Shown: piece by piece, positions 19,453 to 28,421 of the stretch
Layout: each line of letters begins with the position of its first letter
Position numbering within the stretch: position 1 is the stretch's first letter
Assembly: GCA_963798485.1 (NCBI GenBank)
Contig: CAWCTR010000004.1
Coordinates: 224,001-288,000, forward strand
Reading direction: 5' to 3'
From: an uncultured delta proteobacterium
GTDB taxonomy: Bacteria; Desulfobacterota; Desulfomonilia; UBA1062
Length of the DNA: 64,000 nucleotides
Program-made: the position numbers and the translations under genes
Notes under the pieces: model-generated
Seen by the model: the letters and a program-made list of their open reading frames with translations, nothing else
Database searches by the model: none
Told to the model about the DNA's origin: nothing

Positions 19453-21375
19453 TTAACTCTTCGTGAGGTTTATCTGGAGGTAATAAGCTGAAAAAGTTAC
19501 ACTGCGGCCATTGAAAGTGCCCCACCCATACAGGTGTTGTATCTTGGCACCAGCAGTGCACGCAGTGTTGAGGGCGTTGATGAAATCTGCATAAGTATCG
19601 TATATAGTTAAGGTTCCTGCCTGATCTATGCAGAACTTGTCAGTGCTCGCGCCATCAGGCTGGACTATCGGGTTTGTCCCAGCATAATTGAGCACAAAAT
19701 CTGTTATATCATTCTCCCTGTTCACTCTGTGGCATTTTCCAACAGTGCTCATGGTACTCCCATTCAGTGTAAGGCCTGCCGTCGTTGATATGCTGATGAA
19801 GGCATCACTCTCCGGTTCCCCTTTACCACCCCATCCTACATTCAAGAAAGCCTTAGTATTGGAAAGATTCATGATGCTCTGTGCATCGAAGTCCTCAGGG
19901 GCAGAACCGAATGGGGCCATAAACCCTTTCATCCTGAGCGGCATCTTGTTCGTAGTCAGGGTTGAGGTGTTAAGACCTGCCGCAGGGTTTATCGCGTAAT
20001 CCAATATCGTTGCATCGTTGGAAGAATTTGTTCCCGTTCCTGCAAAATCGAATGGAGTTGTATCATTGACTATTTGTATCCCGTCGATTTTCTCCAGGGA
20101 CATGGACAGCCATCCGTTCGTATTTTCGATGGCAGAGGCTGGATAATTCAGTTCCCCCAGGATGGTGGTGATATCCAAACGGGCAAAACCGTTCGTTGCA
20201 TCCAAGGTGCTAGTGCTGGAATTATATGTCCCGATTACATCGATGTGCTGTCCTACAGAGATGCTACTTATCGTGAAAGCACCTTTAGAGAATTGCTTGC
20301 TCACCTTGGTGGTGGAGGCAAGCATAACGGTCATGGTGGGGTTGAACGTGACCATTCCCGTTGCCCTGGTCAGGGTCGCACCTTTCATGATCAGTGTGTT
20401 GCCTGTACGGCTGAGCACCGTACCACCGGCAGCATCCAAGGTTCCTCCCGGCACACTCGACCCGGCTAGGACTTCAGATGCAGTAAAGTTGAGGCTTGAA
20501 TCGAAAGTGCCATGGGCAATGACTGCCGTATATGCAGGCTGTGCTGCAAGCGTCTGGAGTCCTGCGGTTGTGTAGGTTACACCGTCTATATTAAAAGCGG
20601 TGCTGCTAGTGACATTGACCGTCATGGTGCCGAACGATGTGTCATGAGAAAGGGCATTGGCAAAGGGTCGCAGGATCATAACGAACGAATTGCCGCTCAC
20701 GTTCACACTCTGTAGCGACCCTCTGAAGCGTTGGATCTTGTCGGTATCAGGAGTCAGGGAGGCATCGAGAACCGGAGATACTTCCAGAGATGGTACGTCC
20801 CCTGAGAACGTCACAACATTCGTGTTGCCAAGGTTGAAGTCAAGTGCCATATGCACAGGGCCACCAACAGCAACGTTAAGATTGGAGCTAAGATCGACGG
20901 TAAGATCAATGGGCGATGTTATCGCATTCCCCTCATTATCAGTAATGTTAGCTACAGGTATCGGTATTACACTCCCATTGTTGTCATACACTTCAATGTC
21001 GGCATTGGAATAATCAAGAGTCATGACGACCTTGTTATAGGTTCCGACTTCAACTGTTCCCGATGTCAGGAATTCGGTCATGTTGGTTAATTGGGCGAAG
21101 TCGACCATGGTTGTCCCGGTAGGGGGAAGAGCATCGACAAATGTTCCGTCTTTCTTATAAAGTTTAATGGCTGTTACATTAACCGCATACCGGACGAAAT
21201 CACCTGGCGCATCCGTAAGACCGATCAACGCCTGGCCGGAGCTCGAAGAAGTACCTCCGCTACTACTGCTTGAGCTCGATCCGCCGCCGCCTCCGCACCC
21301 CTGGATGATAAAGATCAGGGACAGAAACAGGATAAAACTAATTCCCTTCCATGCTGTAGATAAACTCTTTTTCAT
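19453..21375 (-). CDS. DUF4382-domain lipoprotein, beta-rich
   Basis: Lipobox IQGC, Gly/Ser linker, IGLTDAPGDF...VDFAQL...LDFNL pattern. Confidence 0.75.
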   Translation of the reverse strand: MKKSLSTAWKGISFILFLSLIFIIQGCGGGGGSSSSSSSGGTSSSSGQALIGLTDAPGDFVRYAVNVTAIKLYKKDGTFVDALPPTGTTMVDFAQLTNMTEFLTSGTVEVGTYNKVVMTLDYSNADIEVYDNNGSVIPIPVANITDNEGNAITSPIDLTVDLSSNLNVAVGGPVHMALDFNLGNTNVVTFSGDVPSLEVSPVLDASLTPDTDKIQRFRGSLQSVNVSGNSFVMILRPFANALSHDTSFGTMTVNVTSSTAFNIDGVTYTTAGLQTLAAQPAYTAVIAHGTFDSSLNFTASEVLAGSSVPGGTLDAAGGTVLSRTGNTLIMKGATLTRATGMVTFNPTMTVMLASTTKVSKQFSKGAFTISSISVGQHIDVIGTYNSSTSTLDATNGFARLDITTILGELNYPASAIENTNGWLSMSLEKIDGIQIVNDTTPFDFAGTGTNSSNDATILDYAINPAAGLNTSTLTTNKMPLRMKGFMAPFGSAPEDFDAQSIMNLSNTKAFLNVGWGGKGEPESDAFISISTTAGLTLNGSTMSTVGKCHRVNRENDITDFVLNYAGTNPIVQPDGASTDKFCIDQAGTLTIYDTYADFINALNTACTAGAKIQHLYGWGTFNGRSVTFSAYYLQINLTKS

Positions 21376-21599
21376 GCAGAGATCCTCCTGCTGGGGAATA
21401 TTTTTATTTTTGGTTCATTATGGTCATTCATTAATTGTTCTCGTATCGGTTAACCCACAGAGCTGCTTAAGCAATGTAGGACTGATTACGATTGGGAACT
21501 GCTTTCCCTATTGCTCATATATGCTCTTAAAAACTGTAATATTGATTAAGACGGCTGAAGCATGGAATTAGTTTACAGATATGCTGGATGATGTTCATT

Positions 21600-22043
21600 T
21601 TATTTACTAGTCTTGACTCCAGTATTGGATTTATTGACCAATCCCAAGAAACGGAGCTTTTCCACATTATTTATAACCACATATATTCGTATATTATTGC
21701 TATAGGGGTCTACTGGTAATAAGAAAAACCCGGGACGCTGCGGGTCATAGCCCAAAGCAGAGCCTTGAAGCACTTCCCCATCCTTAAAAGTAATTTCTAT
21801 CCTGCGACCTTGAGGATGATCATCCTCATTAAACAATTTCCGCTCATTGTATTCTCTGTTACCTGCAAGAGTCTTCACAAAGAACAAAGCCTTGAGGTCT
21901 ACTGTCTTAACCAGAATTGGTTTAGTGCCCGGTGCAGTATCCTTAAGGAGATGGAAAATTGGGGTTAATGGATTGAAATCTTGTACATAGCCTTTAAGAA
22001 GGCTGCCATCTAAAAAATGCGCAACAACCTTGATCGGCTCCAC
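21600..22043 (-). CDS. Conserved hypothetical protein (DUF6982-like, duplicated Sm-like fold)
   Basis: KVVAHFLDGSLLKGY / RIEITFKDGEVLQG internal duplication; LKALFFVK; GFFLLPVDPYSNNIRIYV. Confidence 0.65.
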   Translation of the reverse strand: MEPIKVVAHFLDGSLLKGYVQDFNPLTPIFHLLKDTAPGTKPILVKTVDLKALFFVKTLAGNREYNERKLFNEDDHPQGRRIEITFKDGEVLQGSALGYDPQRPGFFLLPVDPYSNNIRIYVVINNVEKLRFLGLVNKSNTGVKTSK

Positions 22044-22295
22044 ATTTTCCCCTTAAGATTATTTAAGATATAAGACGTATGAAGTACAGCATTTGTTTAC
22101 AGAGGCTCTGGAAGATGTGTATTTCTTGTTATTAGAAATGTATTCAGCAATACATAGGTACGGCTCCTATATTGAGATCAGATATGAATAGGTGAAGAAT
22201 GATACGAAGAAATAAGGAAATTTTATCAATGCTATGCATGAGACCAAGAGAGGTAGTCTATCAATCTGTACATAGATTATGATACAGAACCGATC

Positions 22296-23189
22296 TTGAC
22301 AAACGGAGGGTTAACCTTGAATTTTATTTTTTCAGTCGTGATTTTGGCAATCATCCAAGGCCTGGCAGAACTACTTCCCATATCAAGCTCTGCCCATGTC
22401 ATCATTGCAGAGAAGCTCCTTGGGTTAGATCCTACCACACCGGAAATGACTCTGCTTCTGGTGATGCTGCATACAGGCACGATGCTGGCAGTTATTGTCT
22501 ATTTCTGGAAATCCTGGAAGCAAACCTACTTTTCTTCATGGAGAGAGACATGGCTCAATGCAAGGCTGCTCTTTCTTGCAACCATGATGACCGGTATTTT
22601 GGGGATAACTATCAAGACCGCCATTGAGCGATATTTCTTTCATAATGCCCCTAAGGCTGAGCTTGAGCAGCTGTTCGGAAATCTCCCGCTTATTGCTATC
22701 GCACTGGCTGCCGCAGGAATTTTAATCGTGTACTCGGGGCTACGGTACCACAGGGTTATGAATGATCAGGAAACCCCGGTCCAAACAAAAAATGCATTCT
22801 GGATAGGTATGATACAGGGTTTGTGTCTGCCGTTCCGTGGATTTTCCCGCTCGGGTGCTACTATTTCATCCGGGTTATTAACAGGAGCATCGAAACGGCC
22901 AGTTGAGGAATTCAGTTTTGCACTGGCTGTCATTCTCACGCCTCCCGTGCTTGTTCACGAAGCCATGAGGCTGGTTAAATCACTTCCGGTTCAAGCAGTT
23001 TCCGCAACTTCCCCGATGATGGGTCTCTTCTTACCTGGTTTGTTTGGTATGATCTGTAGTTTCCTTGCAGGTCTCCTGGCATTACGTTGGCTGTCTCGCT
23101 GGCTTGAGAAAGGAAAATGGCATTACTTCGGCTACTACTGTCTATTCGCATCTGCAATTGTACTGTTGTTGCATTACTTGGGATATTGA
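22296..23189 (+). CDS. uppP: Undecaprenyl-diphosphate phosphatase
   Basis: IIQGLAELLPISSSAH and PFRGFSRSGATI motifs. Confidence 0.92.
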   Translation: MTNGGLTLNFIFSVVILAIIQGLAELLPISSSAHVIIAEKLLGLDPTTPEMTLLLVMLHTGTMLAVIVYFWKSWKQTYFSSWRETWLNARLLFLATMMTGILGITIKTAIERYFFHNAPKAELEQLFGNLPLIAIALAAAGILIVYSGLRYHRVMNDQETPVQTKNAFWIGMIQGLCLPFRGFSRSGATISSGLLTGASKRPVEEFSFALAVILTPPVLVHEAMRLVKSLPVQAVSATSPMMGLFLPGLFGMICSFLAGLLALRWLSRWLEKGKWHYFGYYCLFASAIVLLLHYLGY

Positions 23190-23370
23190 ACATAGTATGT
23201 AATATCTCGCACATTATTTCATATTATCTTGAAGGTAAAAATGTTTATTCTTCTCCAAGAAAGTCCTCATTGCTTTTCCCTTATCTTGACATACTTCACC
23301 TTGGGTAGGTATAAATGAATTCCCAGATGGCCTAATATCTTGGCCCGAATAAATGGATGTTAAATTGTGA

Positions 23371-24237
23371 TTGAGGGAGTTTGTCATTATGAGGAGATTC
23401 ATTTTAGGTCCAATTATATGTGCATTAGTCCTTGGGTTTATGTTGGCAGATTTTGGGCAGGTTGCTCAAGCCCAGACAAGCAGCAAGAAGGAGATCAAAT
23501 CTGTAGCTGCAAAGAATCACAAACACCCTAAGAAGGCAGCTAACAATGTGCAGGCAAGACTCTCAAGCAAGAAATCGAATGCTTCCAAGAAAAAGACTAA
23601 AGCCAAGCATGCATCAGCAGGCGACGGCAATAAGAACCATAAGAAAACCATACACGCAAAGCATACGAAAAAGGCCAAAGCACATAAACACAATTATACT
23701 CAGTCATCAAATTCAAACACAGATATAAAATCAGCTCTAGACTACGAGCTTCCAACTATGCCGCCTTCAGACCTTTGGCTGGCAAAAGATTCTCCTGATC
23801 TATACAAAAAGGTTATGTATGATGGGCAACTGGACGAGCGGACCGTCAAGATCCTTGAGTCGGCATACAACTATCTTGGAACTCCATACCGTTGGGGAGG
23901 AACAACGCCGAGTGGGTTTGATTGTTCCGGGTTCGTAAAGTATGTGTTCAATGAGAATGGTATACCATTGGGCAGGGCATCGAGAGTACAGGCACAGGAG
24001 GGGGAATCAGTCCGTCTGTCTGATCTGAGACCGGGGGACCTCATCTTCTTCAAAATGCACCACAGGATCAGGGACCACTACCGTGTCAACCATGTTGGGC
24101 TCTATGTCGGGAATGGTCAATTTATCCATGCCTCCTGTAATTCACGTACACATGTGATTACAGTCGAAGACCTTGAGTCGGAGCACTACTTTCCCAGGAT
24201 CGTGGAAGTCCGGAGAGTTCTCGAAAACATGAATTAA
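23371..24237 (+). CDS. NlpC/P60 (C40) peptidoglycan endopeptidase with basic Lys/His-rich linker
   Basis: LGTPYRWGG...GFDCSGF...PGDLIFF...HVGLYVGNGQFIHA. Confidence 0.92.
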   Translation: MREFVIMRRFILGPIICALVLGFMLADFGQVAQAQTSSKKEIKSVAAKNHKHPKKAANNVQARLSSKKSNASKKKTKAKHASAGDGNKNHKKTIHAKHTKKAKAHKHNYTQSSNSNTDIKSALDYELPTMPPSDLWLAKDSPDLYKKVMYDGQLDERTVKILESAYNYLGTPYRWGGTTPSGFDCSGFVKYVFNENGIPLGRASRVQAQEGESVRLSDLRPGDLIFFKMHHRIRDHYRVNHVGLYVGNGQFIHASCNSRTHVITVEDLESEHYFPRIVEVRRVLENMN

Positions 24238-24354
24238 CAAAACAAAATGGTGTGAACGGTCCCCCGTACTATTTAAAAACCTATCTTGAGAGGTGAATAA
24301 GCGGTGCGGGCAACAGCCCGCTACCACCTGTATCTACTTGTCAGCTGACAAGTC

Positions 24355-24441
24355 TTATTTCATTTTGGTTACCTGGCTCAGCGGGATTCCCAGTGCTTCA
24401 GCAACCCCTTTGCCATAAGCCGGATCAGCCTTTAAACAGTT
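24355..24441 (-). pseudogene. C-terminal remnant of a monofunctional heme catalase
   Basis: Hand translation NCLKADPAYGKGVAEALGIPLSQVTKMK*, which matches the typical KatA C-terminus; no catalase sequence upstream. Confidence 0.65.
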
Positions 24442-24717
24442 AACAAGGGGTAACCCCAACACCAACTGTTATTTCATCGAGCCGGTTCATTTTTGAGAAA
24501 TCGTTTTTAATGCAAATTATTTCATATCAACCCTGTTTATTAGTACCGCCCCATGGCCCTCCTTGAGGCCAATCTTTTTACTCTCTTGCGGACATTTCTA
24601 TCGAGATCACAGGGTGGCATTATCAAATAGTCGGGACAAGATACACACTTTCTCCTCGACAAGGACAGATACAGTCTTATTCTAACAAAATAGAATACTA
24701 TAAAAGTAGCTTGGTAT

Positions 24718-24897
24718 ATGGAAGGGAAACATGAACACAAACATACTCATGAGCACGAGCATAAGCATGTGCATGATCATGAACACTCTCATGAAGGCAA
24801 GAAACATATGCATGAACATGAGCATAAGGGAGAACATGGTGCGCATGACCATGAACAAACGGGGCACGAGAAAGAACCTCATACCCACGATCATTGA
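24718..24897 (+). CDS. Small His-rich metal-binding peptide, 59 aa with 22 His
   Basis: MEGKHEHKHTHEHEHKHVHDHEHSHEGKKHMHEHEHKGEHGAHDHEQTGHEKEPHTHDH*; below the 60-aa cutoff of the ORF track. Confidence 0.75.
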   Translation: MEGKHEHKHTHEHEHKHVHDHEHSHEGKKHMHEHEHKGEHGAHDHEQTGHEKEPHTHDH

Positions 24898-24909
24898 TGG
24901 ATAAAGAGA

Positions 24910-25608
24910 TTACTTTCTGCTGCCGAGCAGCATGAGCATCCAGCTTTTAAGGTTCATGCCCATACCGACCCTCATTTCAGGAGTCATGCCAGGGTATTTC
25001 TCAGGGTGGAGAACGGCATCGAAGCCATAGTCGATGGCTTGTTCCATAAGTTCACGCCCCTTCTTTACACCCCCATAGACATAGATGGTAGTGATGAGGC
25101 GCCAATTAAGCATTTGAAATATGTCGTTGCCGATGGTTTCCTTTAAATCATAAAATGGCCCGTGTGTAACAGGATCGAGGCAGGAGAGGATGTCTGCCAG
25201 GATTATAACCAGTTCCATACGGTCACCCGTTTTAAACCCTGAGTATTCCCGTGCAAGATCGATACTGGTTTGGTTCCCTTTGATGATGTGTTCCATGAGC
25301 GATGCAATGAAATGGCCAAGCTCAAATGCCTTTTCTCTCACTACCTGCAGGAAATCTTCCTGTTTGTGCCATATCCTCAGTGTACCTGTTGGCACGTCCA
25401 GAACTGTGGAGAAATCCCTGAGGTGAAAGATATTCGGATACAGGGCCAAGAGGATTGCTGCACGAAGCTTATTCCTGGAAAATCGCACGGCAGAGCCCTT
25501 GCCGTTGTTCCTGGGCTTTCCATCCAGACAGGCCGAGGCCCAGCACGAAACAAATGAGATGGCCGCACCCTGGATGTGTTTGGAGATCTCTGTCTTCTTA
25601 TTCTTCAT
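24910..25608 (-). CDS. Hypothetical protein, possible N-terminal HTH
   Basis: 232-aa ORF; LRDFSTVLDVPTGTLRIWHKQEDF is HTH-like. Confidence 0.55.
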   Translation of the reverse strand: MKNKKTEISKHIQGAAISFVSCWASACLDGKPRNNGKGSAVRFSRNKLRAAILLALYPNIFHLRDFSTVLDVPTGTLRIWHKQEDFLQVVREKAFELGHFIASLMEHIIKGNQTSIDLAREYSGFKTGDRMELVIILADILSCLDPVTHGPFYDLKETIGNDIFQMLNWRLITTIYVYGGVKKGRELMEQAIDYGFDAVLHPEKYPGMTPEMRVGMGMNLKSWMLMLLGSRK

Positions 25609-25643
25609 ATCAAAGACAATTATATAACATCAAAAGATGGGGG

Positions 25644-25688
25644 TGGGGCACCACCCTCCAGGGCTGAAGGAGGGAGGATGATGCCCCA
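25644..25688 (-). terminator. Hairpin downstream of the hydrogenase operon
   Basis: TGGGGCA...CCCTCC/GGAGGG...TGCCCCA nested inverted repeat. Confidence 0.45.
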
Positions 25689-25697
25689 TCGGGGTAC

Positions 25698-26357
25698 TCA
25701 CAGTTCTTTCGAAACGGAGACGATCTCCTGATGAACCCATAATGGAGCTACCTCATGGGCCTCTTCATACGGTATCTTTCCGTGGAGGAACATGGCCTTG
25801 AAGTCATGGAACATGTAGATACCCAGGAATACGTGGACCAGCAGGAACAGGGTGAGGAACAAACCGGCGAACAGGTGGATATACCCGAAGGTACTGGCCA
25901 GTCCGTGGGGGATGATGTGGGGGAATACCCACAGCGCCCACCCGGTCCCGATGAGCAGGATGCCTCCTATCAGAATACAGACCCCGAAGAGCTTCTGGCC
26001 GGAATTATATTTGCCCATGGGCGGTACTTTCACCTTCTTCCCCAACAGAAATTTCTGCGGGTATCCGCCCAGTACGGCAAACCATTTGACGTCGTTCACC
26101 CCAAAGGTGAATGCCCGTTTGGTAAAGAGCACGACCCGGTCGAGTGCCATGACAAAGAATGAAATGGCACTCAGTGTCAGGACCACCCCGGCGGTGACGT
26201 GGACCCTCATGAGGAGGTTCATGATTTCTTCGTTATAAGGTTTGAGGAACAGGAAGATCCCGGTGATTGCCAGGGGTATGAAACTCAAGACTAATAAATA
26301 ATGAAACATCCTTACCCGTAACGGGTGCTTCACTATCATCATGTCATGGCTTTCCAT
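25698..26357 (-). CDS. Membrane cytochrome b subunit (FdnI/HydC-like) of the hydrogenase
   Basis: 4 TM helices with heme-ligand His (RMFHY, RVHV, YIHL, LVHV); GKYNSGQK. Confidence 0.88.
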   Translation of the reverse strand: MESHDMMIVKHPLRVRMFHYLLVLSFIPLAITGIFLFLKPYNEEIMNLLMRVHVTAGVVLTLSAISFFVMALDRVVLFTKRAFTFGVNDVKWFAVLGGYPQKFLLGKKVKVPPMGKYNSGQKLFGVCILIGGILLIGTGWALWVFPHIIPHGLASTFGYIHLFAGLFLTLFLLVHVFLGIYMFHDFKAMFLHGKIPYEEAHEVAPLWVHQEIVSVSKEL

Positions 26358-26378
26358 GGTGATGCCTCCTTGTTTATA

Positions 26379-26711
26379 TTAGGCCAGGGCCTTGCTTCTG
26401 TCGATGTAGCGGGTATGTAACAGCTCCTCGGAGATCTCACCCACCGGCTCTATAAGGAAGTCCTTATACAGGGTAGTGACCCCCTTGTTGGCATGGCTCA
26501 CCCTGATTTTGGCCATCATATCATCCTTGTATAAGCCTGCGGTCCGGGACCTGATATAGTCGGTCCTTTTCACCGCCATCCGCTTCACAAAAACGGCCGG
26601 GATAGCGGTAAAGGCTACCAGGGCGCCGCTGATGGAGAGAAATTGTCTGCGAGAGACCTTGCAGGGGTCCTCGATATAGTATTCTATTTTCTTATCCTCA
26701 TGTCCGCACAT
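26379..26711 (-). CDS. hydB: [FeFe]-hydrogenase small subunit with Tat signal
   Basis: SRRQFL twin-arginine motif; RTAGLYKDD...RVSHAN...LYKDFL...SEELLHTRY; likely start MCGHEDK at 26711. Confidence 0.88.
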   Translation of the reverse strand: MCGHEDKKIEYYIEDPCKVSRRQFLSISGALVAFTAIPAVFVKRMAVKRTDYIRSRTAGLYKDDMMAKIRVSHANKGVTTLYKDFLIEPVGEISEELLHTRYIDRSKALA

Positions 26712-26770
26712 TGTTTCCCCCGTTATTTTGTATTCTACCTTTATCCCGATCCGGATCCGCCGATAGGGTC

Positions 26771-28105
26771 CTATTTCCATGCCATCAGGGGCGACATGGT
26801 CCCGAGCCATCCGGTGCCGTCGGCCTGTATGGGCTGGCCACCGCCGTTGATGCAGCCGCCCGGGCAGTTCATGACCTCTATGAAATGGTATTTCGACCTG
26901 CCTGCAAGGATCTCCTCCAATACCGGCGCGATGTTCTCCCTCAACCCGTGAACCACCGCCACATTGACCGTTGCGGTCTTGTTGTACTTCGTATCCATGA
27001 GGGTGACCGAGGCGCTCTTCACCCCCTTGAGGCCCCGAACCGGCTTGAATTCGAGCGGTTCAAGCTCCTTGCCGGTAAGAACGGTGTGCACCGTGCGGAC
27101 AGCAGCCTCCATGACTCCCCCTGTGTTCCCGAAGATCGTTCCTGCGCCGCTGTACTCGGCCAGGATGCTGTCGCCCTCTTTGCTTTCTTCTTTCATGAGG
27201 TCGATGTCCATCTTCTTGAGGAGCCTGGCCAGGTCTCTGGTGGTGAGTACGGCATCGATATCGGGGTAGGGCTTTGTCGAACCTGCCGCATTCTCCTTTT
27301 TCAGGTAATCGAATGCGCTTGTGAACTCGGGCCTGCTCGCCTCAAATTTCTTTGCCGTACAGGGCATGACCCCTACGGTGTAGACGTTTTCAGGTTTTTT
27401 ATCCCAGACCTTGGACGCCCCGTAGGTCTTTGCCACTGCGCCAGCCATCTGCTGCGGGGATTTTGCGGACGAGAGGTTCGGGACCAGGGATGGGTAGTTG
27501 AGCTCCACATACCTTACCCAGGCGGGGCAGCAGGAGGTGAACTGGGGCAGGGGACCTGTCTTACGGCCAGGGATTACCTCTCCGAACAGTGCGGCACGTG
27601 CCCTCTGGATGAACTCCGTACCCTCCTCCATGATGGTAAGGTCCGCTGCATAGTTGTTGTCAAAGATCTTGAAACCCGCTTTCTGCATAGCCCCGTACAT
27701 CCGGCCCGTCACTAGTTCGCCCGGGTCCGATCCGAACTCTTCCCCTATGGCCACCCGTACGGCGGGTGCAATGATGCCCACCACTGTAATGTTTCTATCC
27801 TTGAGCTTGGCCATGACCGCATCCACGGCGTCAACATTCTCATAAGGGGCACCGAAGGGGCAGTTTACCAGACACTGACCGCAATTGATGCATTTCTCGG
27901 TATCGATGCTATGGACGGCCCCGAACATCCCCTTGATGGCCTTGGTTGAGCAGTGGCGTTTGCACGTATCGCAGCCCTTGCACTTATCTGCATTGATGGC
28001 TATGACGCCCTGCACCTCTCCTTCCTGAAATGTCTTTATGACCTTTTCCAATGTGCCCACCTCCTCGCGGTTCATATCCCCATGGTGAATTATTATTCTC
28101 GTCAT
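26771..28105 (-). CDS. hydA: [FeFe]-hydrogenase large subunit (group A, two 4Fe-4S clusters)
   Basis: Two CxxCxxCxxxC ferredoxin motifs; H-cluster motifs TSCCPAW, MPCTAKKFE, EVMNCPGGCINGGGQP. True start probably TTG at 28051 after GAGGAGG. Confidence 0.96.
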   Translation of the reverse strand: MTRIIIHHGDMNREEVGTLEKVIKTFQEGEVQGVIAINADKCKGCDTCKRHCSTKAIKGMFGAVHSIDTEKCINCGQCLVNCPFGAPYENVDAVDAVMAKLKDRNITVVGIIAPAVRVAIGEEFGSDPGELVTGRMYGAMQKAGFKIFDNNYAADLTIMEEGTEFIQRARAALFGEVIPGRKTGPLPQFTSCCPAWVRYVELNYPSLVPNLSSAKSPQQMAGAVAKTYGASKVWDKKPENVYTVGVMPCTAKKFEASRPEFTSAFDYLKKENAAGSTKPYPDIDAVLTTRDLARLLKKMDIDLMKEESKEGDSILAEYSGAGTIFGNTGGVMEAAVRTVHTVLTGKELEPLEFKPVRGLKGVKSASVTLMDTKYNKTATVNVAVVHGLRENIAPVLEEILAGRSKYHFIEVMNCPGGCINGGGQPIQADGTGWLGTMSPLMAWK

Positions 28106-28130
28106 AACACAATTATGATAATCGTGCTAC
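28104..28130. promoter_or_regulatory. Putative NikR operator upstream of hydA
   Basis: ATAACAC-N13-GTGCTAC pseudo-palindrome with AT-rich spacer; same architecture as the site upstream of nikM. Confidence 0.7.
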
Positions 28131-28421
28131 ATAAATAATGAATAATCAATTCTCCTTTCTGGAAGCACAGGCAATTCACTGGAAGTTTGATCACAAATAG
28201 GGTTTTCCCTTATCTCATGGGGAAGAGAAGTGATTTCAAAACCCAAGCAGCTCAATATGAATTATCTTTTTCAATTTTCTTTTCCAATCTGAATGAGGGC
28301 GTAGGATTCACGGTACGGAATATTATAATTTAAGTCCCATTTTCCTTCGCAGGAGAAAGACTCTGTTGAGGGATGAATACACAGGTAAGAAAGACAAAGA
28401 GAGAGCTAAGGTTGCTGATTT

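Noticed and set aside
24682-24894. Met-rich 70-aa minus-strand ORF
   Set aside because: Antisense shadow of the His-rich peptide: CAT codons read as ATG.
26711-27715. 334-aa plus-strand ORF
   Set aside because: Antisense to hydA in GC-rich sequence; no motifs.
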